Positions 59,083 through 64,000 of a stretch of 64,000 nucleotides of DNA are shown piece by piece. Source of the stretch: an archaeon (lineage in GTDB: Archaea; Aenigmatarchaeota; Aenigmatarchaeia; GW2011-AR5); NCBI GenBank assembly GCA_028279825.1, contig JANQNA010000008.1, forward strand, positions 35,173-99,172, in the 5' to 3' direction. The first letter of the stretch is position 1. Each line of letters begins with the position of its first letter. The position numbers and the translations under genes were made by a program. The notes under the pieces were generated by a model that saw only the letters and a program-made list of their open reading frames with translations, did not search any database and had not been told where the DNA came from.

Positions 59083-59586
59083 ATGATCAAGACGAAAGAC
59101 TTTGTTCTAAGATCTATAACACTTTCAAAGAAAGATATTCAGGGATACTTAGAGTGTCATTTAGACAAGGACGCTCAAAGGAATTTTACCAATGCACCAC
59201 GCACCCTCACGGAAGCTAAATCAGAAATCAAAAAGAATATGATTCTCCCTCACTATCTGGCCGTAGAAATAGACGGCCGATTTGCTGGTTTTGTCCACTT
59301 AGAGCTGAATAAGAACCCTAAATACAAGCATTCTGCTGTGATCGGTTTTGGTTTACATAAGGATTTCAGGGGTAGAGGATTAGGAACTAAAGTCGTTAAG
59401 ACCGCCACTAATTATGGTTTTCGAAAGCTCAAGCTTGTTAGAATTTCTGGTTTGTGTCGGCCGTTCAACAAAGCGTCCATAAGAGTTCTAGAAAAATCTG
59501 GTTACAAATTAGAAGGCGTTCTCAAAAAGAGCAAATTCATAAACGGAAAATACCTCGATGACATGATATGGGCTAAAGTACGATAA
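59083..59586 (+). CDS. GNAT-family N-acetyltransferase (RimJ/RimL-like)
   Basis: Motif A core RGRGLGTKVV (Q/RxxGxG/A) and surrounding beta strands. Confidence 0.8.
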   Translation: MIKTKDFVLRSITLSKKDIQGYLECHLDKDAQRNFTNAPRTLTEAKSEIKKNMILPHYLAVEIDGRFAGFVHLELNKNPKYKHSAVIGFGLHKDFRGRGLGTKVVKTATNYGFRKLKLVRISGLCRPFNKASIRVLEKSGYKLEGVLKKSKFINGKYLDDMIWAKVR

Positions 59587-59624
59587 ATACTAAGGTTTTT
59601 ATCGGTTTTGTATAGTGTATACGC

Positions 59625-59822
59625 ATGGCGTTGCTTGAGAATGGCAAGAAGAAAGACAAGAGATGCCACGTCTGCGGAAAGATCATTCATGATCTAGACG
59701 AAGAGCTGTGCCATAGAAAACGTCCGGAAATATACCCAAACAAGCTGGGAAAGGTCCTTTCAGGCGTCATGCTTTTGGTCATTGCTTTCATGGTTTTGAG
59801 CTATTTCTGGCCTGTTGTGTAA
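59625..59822 (+). CDS. small zinc-ribbon membrane protein
   Basis: 65 aa; CHVCGKIIHDLDEELCHRK then one TM helix. Confidence 0.4.
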   Translation: MALLENGKKKDKRCHVCGKIIHDLDEELCHRKRPEIYPNKLGKVLSGVMLLVIAFMVLSYFWPVV

Positions 59823-59854
59823 TCTATATTTACTAGCTAGACTAATAACATTTT

Positions 59855-61078
59855 ATGTGTCTAGAAGATACAAACAGGGCTCTGAAAAACGTGAGAAATG
59901 TTTTCATGGCGTTCAACTGCAATATTGACAATATTGTTAAAGTCAGAAACCAGGACTTTCCTGAGGATATAGAAAAGGGTATACTTTATTCTATGAGGTA
60001 TGGTGCTTCTGAAAGTGTTATGAGCAAAGAAACAGAGGATTCGCTAAAGCGAATCCGTCCGGATGAGCAACGAATGGGCGGGCAGATAGGGATAATGGCC
60101 AACTTTCTGGCGATGCTGGGGCTGCGCCCCATAGTTTACACACCGCTGCACTCCACACAGCAGAATAAACTTTTTTCCAAAGGAATCAGGCTTATAGGCC
60201 CAAAAAACATGAAAGACAAAAAGATAAACTGGATCTTCGAGTTTGAAAAGGGTCAAATCTTTCATCGTGTAAAGGCTCGCACAACAAACAGGTTTATAGC
60301 TGCTTCGCGCCCGGACAAATTCAGGATGAAGCCAATAAAGCTTCCCGATAAATATGACTGTGCAATTCTTTCAGGGTTTCATGGGATTAAACCCCGCTAC
60401 AGGGACGGCAGAACTCACAGTGACCAGTTCAAGATAGCTGCCAGAATGATAGAGAAGATAAAAAGGAAGAAGAAACCTATACATCTGGAGATTGCGTATA
60501 CGAAAAACAAGAAGATAATGAACGGGATACTGAGGTTGGCTAAGTCTGTAGACAGTATTGGTTTAGACGTTCCGGAGCTTGTCAACATACTGAACTCAAC
60601 AGGCGACAAAGGACTGGCCAGGGCAATACACACAACACGTGACGTAAGATACGTTTACGATGGTCTGAAGAAGATGCAAAAGAGAATCAAAACAAAAAAG
60701 ATACACATACATGCATATGGATATTACATAGCTCTGGCAAAGGAAGACTATCACATAAAGCCTACAGAGATTAGGAAATCTATGCGTTTCGCGTCCATAG
60801 TTGCAGCTGCCAAAGCCGGTCATGGACTAAAATCCAAAAACGGTATTAAGAAGGGTTTGAACTATCCGGTTTCCGGCATAGGAGAGAAAAGCGGCAGAAT
60901 TCTGAGGGAACATCTTCGCAGGAGGGGTATTGAAATGGAAGACGGGATCGCCAGAGATAAAGATTATGTTATATTTGTACCGATACCCCTGGTGAAACGC
61001 GTGAAAGGTACTGTGGGTCTGGGAGACATTATTTCTTCCAGCATATTTACTGCGGAAGTGGGCTATTCATTGGAATAA
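59855..61078 (+). CDS. ADP-dependent sugar kinase (ADP-PFK/ADP-GK family)
   Basis: N-terminal FNCNIDNIVKV, MGGQIGIMANFLAMLG, and C-terminal VKGTVGLGDIISSSIFTAEV (GxGD ribokinase-superfamily motif); start may be the internal Met at 59906. Confidence 0.75.
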   Translation: MCLEDTNRALKNVRNVFMAFNCNIDNIVKVRNQDFPEDIEKGILYSMRYGASESVMSKETEDSLKRIRPDEQRMGGQIGIMANFLAMLGLRPIVYTPLHSTQQNKLFSKGIRLIGPKNMKDKKINWIFEFEKGQIFHRVKARTTNRFIAASRPDKFRMKPIKLPDKYDCAILSGFHGIKPRYRDGRTHSDQFKIAARMIEKIKRKKKPIHLEIAYTKNKKIMNGILRLAKSVDSIGLDVPELVNILNSTGDKGLARAIHTTRDVRYVYDGLKKMQKRIKTKKIHIHAYGYYIALAKEDYHIKPTEIRKSMRFASIVAAAKAGHGLKSKNGIKKGLNYPVSGIGEKSGRILREHLRRRGIEMEDGIARDKDYVIFVPIPLVKRVKGTVGLGDIISSSIFTAEVGYSLE

Positions 61079-61079
61079 A
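61053..61079 (+). repeat. 27-bp perfect direct repeat copy 1 (3' end of ADP-dependent kinase gene)
   Basis: GCGGAAGTGGGCTATTCATTGGAATA(A) recurs at 61352..61378. Confidence 0.8.
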
Positions 61080-61373
61080 TTAATTTTGAGAAACAGGCTC
61101 TCTTCTTAACCAAGCTTTAGAATTACCAACTGCACTGAAAACAATAAAAGGATACATTAGCGTTGCTGCGGTTGCCTCTTTATAGTTTCCTTCTTTCCAA
61201 AGACCGATGATCATTCCGCCAACTTCATTGAGAGAAGCACCTATCTCAGTTTGATATGTCATATCACTTAAATGTCTATCAAATACTTTGTATCGTCCAC
61301 TTTTATTTGGTCTGAACATAGGATTAACAGTATTGAAAACATATTTAAAGCATGGCGGAAGTGGGCTATTCAT
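61080..61373 (-). CDS. hypothetical ORF filling the segment between the 27-bp direct repeats
   Basis: 97 aa ORF whose N-terminus is encoded by the reverse complement of repeat copy 2; coding status doubtful. Confidence 0.25.
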   Translation of the reverse strand: MNSPLPPCFKYVFNTVNPMFRPNKSGRYKVFDRHLSDMTYQTEIGASLNEVGGMIIGLWKEGNYKEATAATLMYPFIVFSAVGNSKAWLRREPVSQN

Positions 61374-61378
61374 TGGAA
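61352..61378 (+). repeat. 27-bp perfect direct repeat copy 2
   Basis: GCGGAAGTGGGCTATTCATTGGAATAG; encodes the same AEVGYSLE-stop as the kinase C-terminus. Confidence 0.8.
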
Positions 61379-61412
61379 TAGCTATATATACGAACCTGGA
61401 AAATTAGTTATT

Positions 61413-62279
61413 ATGCTTGTTAAAGGTGCAAGCGTACTCAAGGCTGCTAAAAAAGGCAAGTATGCTGTGGGCGCATTCAATATAAACGATCTGGAGATGC
61501 TGAAAGCTGTTACTGTGGCGTGTGTTGAAGAAAAAGCTCCAGTCATAATACAAACTACTGAGAAAGCTATCAAATATGCCGGCATTGACTATCTTGTCGG
61601 CATGACACGTGTGGCTGCTACGGAAGATATTCCAATGGCTCTGCATTTTGATCACGGAAAGGATCTAAATCTCATGAAACAATGCATAAAGAAGGGTTAC
61701 ACTTCTGTCATGTTTGACGGATCTAAGCTTCCATTCAAAAAGAATATTGCTCAAACGAAGAAAGTTGTTGCCATGGCCAAAGGCAAAGCTTCAGTGGAGG
61801 CGGAACTTGGTGTGATATTTGGCAAGGAAGATTCTGTCAGCGCTTCGAAAGGACTTTATACAGATCCAAAGATGGCCAAAGAATTCGTGAAGAAGACAAA
61901 AATAGACAGTCTGGCTGTGGCTATTGGAACCAAACACGGGCTTAGTAAAAAAGAAATTGCACTTGGAAAGAAGAAAGGTCACCTAAAGCTTAGATTTGAT
62001 ATTCTGAAAGAAATACATGAAGACGTTAACGTGCCGCTGGTTCTGCATGGTGGATCTGATGTTCCTCATTCAGATATCAAAAAATGTATTAAGCTCGGTA
62101 TCTGTAAGGTGAATATAGACACAGATCTGCGGGTTGCTTTCACTGATTTTGTGAAGAAATTTTCTAAGGAACATCCTGATGTTTATGATCCAAGAGAGTT
62201 TCTGGGTCCCACGGTTCATGCAATGAAGAATGTTGTCAAAATAAAGGTGAGGGAATTTGGCGCGACTCAGAAAGCGTAG
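61413..62279 (+). CDS. class II fructose-bisphosphate aldolase (FbaA/tagatose-bisphosphate aldolase type)
   Basis: MLVKGASVLKAAKKGKYAVGAFNINDLEMLKAV...PVIIQTTEKAIKYAG; His-rich metal site (LHFDHG, LVLHGGSD). ORF track gives 61272..62279; start moved to the Met preceding the conserved block. Confidence 0.75.
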   Translation: MLVKGASVLKAAKKGKYAVGAFNINDLEMLKAVTVACVEEKAPVIIQTTEKAIKYAGIDYLVGMTRVAATEDIPMALHFDHGKDLNLMKQCIKKGYTSVMFDGSKLPFKKNIAQTKKVVAMAKGKASVEAELGVIFGKEDSVSASKGLYTDPKMAKEFVKKTKIDSLAVAIGTKHGLSKKEIALGKKKGHLKLRFDILKEIHEDVNVPLVLHGGSDVPHSDIKKCIKLGICKVNIDTDLRVAFTDFVKKFSKEHPDVYDPREFLGPTVHAMKNVVKIKVREFGATQKA

Positions 62280-62925
62280 TGCTGTTGTGAATTTCAAGAC
62301 TTACAAGAAAGGTACTGGAAGGAGTGCACTTCGTCTTGCAAAAAAACTTTCTAAGGTTTCTAAAAACAACGTGATACTTGCCGTACAAATTGCTGATTTG
62401 TATAGATTGCATAAAATGAAAGTACCTGTTTTTACACAGCATATTGACCCGATAAAATACGGTGCATTCACCGGGCATGACCTTGGCGAGGCACTGAGGG
62501 ATAACGGCGCTGACGGTGTCCTGATAAATCATTCAGAGGACAGAATGCTGCCTAGAGACATAAAAGAAACGATAAAAATTGCGCATAGATTAAAGCTGAA
62601 AACAATTGTTTGTATTGACAAACCAAAACTTGCCAAGCGCGTGGCAAGAATGAAACCTGATATAATTGCTATTGAGCCGCCTGAGCTTATAGGAACGGGT
62701 ATATCTGTGTCAAAGACAAAACCGGAAGTTGTTACAAAAACTGTGAAAGCAGTAAAATCCGTGAACAAAAAAATAGATGTGCTGTGCGGTGCAGGAATAT
62801 CTACGAAGGAAGACGTGAAAAAAGCAATAAGACTCGGATGCAAAGGTGTATTAGTGTCTTCAGCCATAGTTAATCATAGAGAACCTGAAAGACTGCTTAA
62901 ATCATTTTTGAGGGCGATGAAATGA
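62257..62925 (+). CDS. tpiA: triosephosphate isomerase (archaeal short type)
   Basis: VVNFKTYKKGTG N-terminus, catalytic INHSEDR (His) and AIEPPELIGTG (Glu), 222 aa. Confidence 0.8.
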   Translation: MARLRKRSAVVNFKTYKKGTGRSALRLAKKLSKVSKNNVILAVQIADLYRLHKMKVPVFTQHIDPIKYGAFTGHDLGEALRDNGADGVLINHSEDRMLPRDIKETIKIAHRLKLKTIVCIDKPKLAKRVARMKPDIIAIEPPELIGTGISVSKTKPEVVTKTVKAVKSVNKKIDVLCGAGISTKEDVKKAIRLGCKGVLVSSAIVNHREPERLLKSFLRAMK

Positions 62926-63827
62926 ATGTAAGAGAAATGCTGGAGAATATTCCTGGCGGTATAGAAGAAACGATAAAGAAAAAAGCACCGAAGATATCCG
63001 GCAGAATAGACAATATAGTTGTATGCGGAATGGGTGCATCAGGCATAAGCGGTGACGTACTTAGAGACTACCTGAAATACGAATCGAAGATACCTGTCAT
63101 AGTTTCCAGAGCTACCAAACTTCCTAAATTCGTTGGGAAAAATACACTGGTTTTTGCAATAACATATTCTGGCAAGACAGAAGAGACACTGTCTTCCATA
63201 AAAGACGCTAAAAGGAAAAGGGCCAAGCTTGTTGTTATATCGTCTAAAAAGATGGGTGGCAAATCTATACTTGTTCCTAAAGGTCTTTTACCAAGAATGG
63301 GATTACCATACCTGTTCTTCTCAATTCTAATGGTACTGGAAAAATCAAAGATTGTCAAAAGACAGGCTTCGTATGTAAAGGAAACGATAAAGGTAATGAA
63401 AAAACTTGACAAAGCAAAGGTAAAACAAATGGCGGATAAAATAAACAAGACACCGATCTTCTATGCACCGGAACATTTTGCATGTGTTGTGACAAGAATG
63501 ATGACACAGGTAAACGAAAACGCCAAGATGGTTTCGCACTATGGTGTGTTCACAGAACTGAATCATAATGAAATCGAGTCAAAAGATTTCAACAAGTTCA
63601 ATGTTGTTATTCTTCGGGATCGTGAAGATAAAGAAACGCAAAGATTCATCAAACTTGCAAAGCACATAATCGGCAGACATATAGAAATAAAGTCAAAAGG
63701 AAACTCACTGATGGCCAGAATGTTTTACATGATCTACTTCTGTGACTGGATAAGTTACTTTTTGGCTTTGAGAAGAGGAACAGATCCACTGAAGATGCCT
63801 GCAATAGATTACATCAAGACCCATTAA
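62922..63827 (+). CDS. bifunctional phosphoglucose/phosphomannose isomerase (SIS domain)
   Basis: SIS motif VVCGMGASGISGD, 301 aa size typical of archaeal PGI/PMI; ATGA overlap with tpiA. Confidence 0.7.
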   Translation: MNVREMLENIPGGIEETIKKKAPKISGRIDNIVVCGMGASGISGDVLRDYLKYESKIPVIVSRATKLPKFVGKNTLVFAITYSGKTEETLSSIKDAKRKRAKLVVISSKKMGGKSILVPKGLLPRMGLPYLFFSILMVLEKSKIVKRQASYVKETIKVMKKLDKAKVKQMADKINKTPIFYAPEHFACVVTRMMTQVNENAKMVSHYGVFTELNHNEIESKDFNKFNVVILRDREDKETQRFIKLAKHIIGRHIEIKSKGNSLMARMFYMIYFCDWISYFLALRRGTDPLKMPAIDYIKTH

Positions 63828-63846
63828 AGAACTTTGCTTAAAAGCC

Positions 63847-64000
63847 TAACCCAGTTTCTTATCTGTGTTGTAATCAGAAAGTTATCTTCGACGAGTTTTT
63901 TACCGTTCTTGCCCATTTTTGATCTTATCTTATCGTTGAGCAGTAATTTCTTTGTTACTTTCGCCGTTTCTTTAATGTTTACCGGGTTTACCAGATAACC
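63847..64000 (-). CDS. glycosyltransferase family 1-like protein, C-terminal fragment (runs off window)
   Basis: ...GYLVNPVNIKETAKVTKKLLLNDKIRSKMGKNGKKLVEDNF resembles the GT1/GT4 C-terminal helix. Confidence 0.45.

Noticed and set aside
1-64000. CRISPR arrays, rRNA genes, IS elements/transposases
   Set aside because: No regularly spaced direct repeats, no rRNA-like conserved stretches and no DDE/serine/tyrosine recombinase motifs were found by eye. The only mobile-element-like signals are the LAGLIDADG HE and the 27-bp direct repeat.

Overview
This 64 kb window is a low-GC archaeal chromosomal segment. Evidence for Archaea: RtcB plus archease, PCNA, FtsZ plus SepF, a histone-fold protein, ADP-dependent sugar kinase, a TrmB regulator, a class-III (archaeal pilin-type) signal peptide, and an intron-containing tRNA-Trp. 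It is probably an uncultured or DPANN-like lineage, and most genes are tightly packed, often with overlaps.

Housekeeping content:
- Complete Fe-S assembly operon: PadR-sufC-sufB-sufD-sufS-(Cys-rich protein)-sufU.
- RtcB and archease.
- Pyruvate phosphate dikinase.
- CTP synthase.
- PCNA with an adjacent OB-fold protein.
- FtsZ and SepF.
- Endonuclease III, RNase HII, peroxiredoxin.
- Glycolytic cluster: ADP-dependent kinase, class II FBA, TIM, PGI/PMI.
- Transporters: APC permease, two cation/proton antiporters, VIT.
- Two tRNAs: Trp(CCA) with a 92-nt intron, and Thr(UGU).

Accessory and unusual content:
1. A sharply AT-rich ~1.4 kb island carrying a RelA/SpoT-like nucleotidyltransferase gene. 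It overlaps a small downstream gene, suggesting a candidate toxin/antitoxin or abortive-infection-like two-gene module. This is the most interesting candidate for an undescribed system.
2. A double-motif LAGLIDADG homing endonuclease gene whose last codons overlap the 5' end of the intron-containing tRNA-Trp.
3. A 27-bp perfect direct repeat that duplicates the 3' end of the ADP-dependent kinase gene and brackets a ~270 bp insert.
4. A desulforedoxin-like 47-aa ORF translationally coupled to a bacterial-type riboflavin-kinase domain protein.
5. A secreted protein with three CWB2-like cell-wall-binding repeats plus a coiled coil.
6. A secreted protein with >50 cysteines, next to a GH15 glycosidase.
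7. A standalone DnaG-type CHC2 zinc finger.
8. A GC-rich ORF-free 0.5 kb region after ftsZ that may encode a structured RNA.

No CRISPR arrays, rRNA genes or recognisable transposases were seen. All family assignments are from motif recognition by eye, with no database searches run, and should be confirmed with HMM or structure searches.
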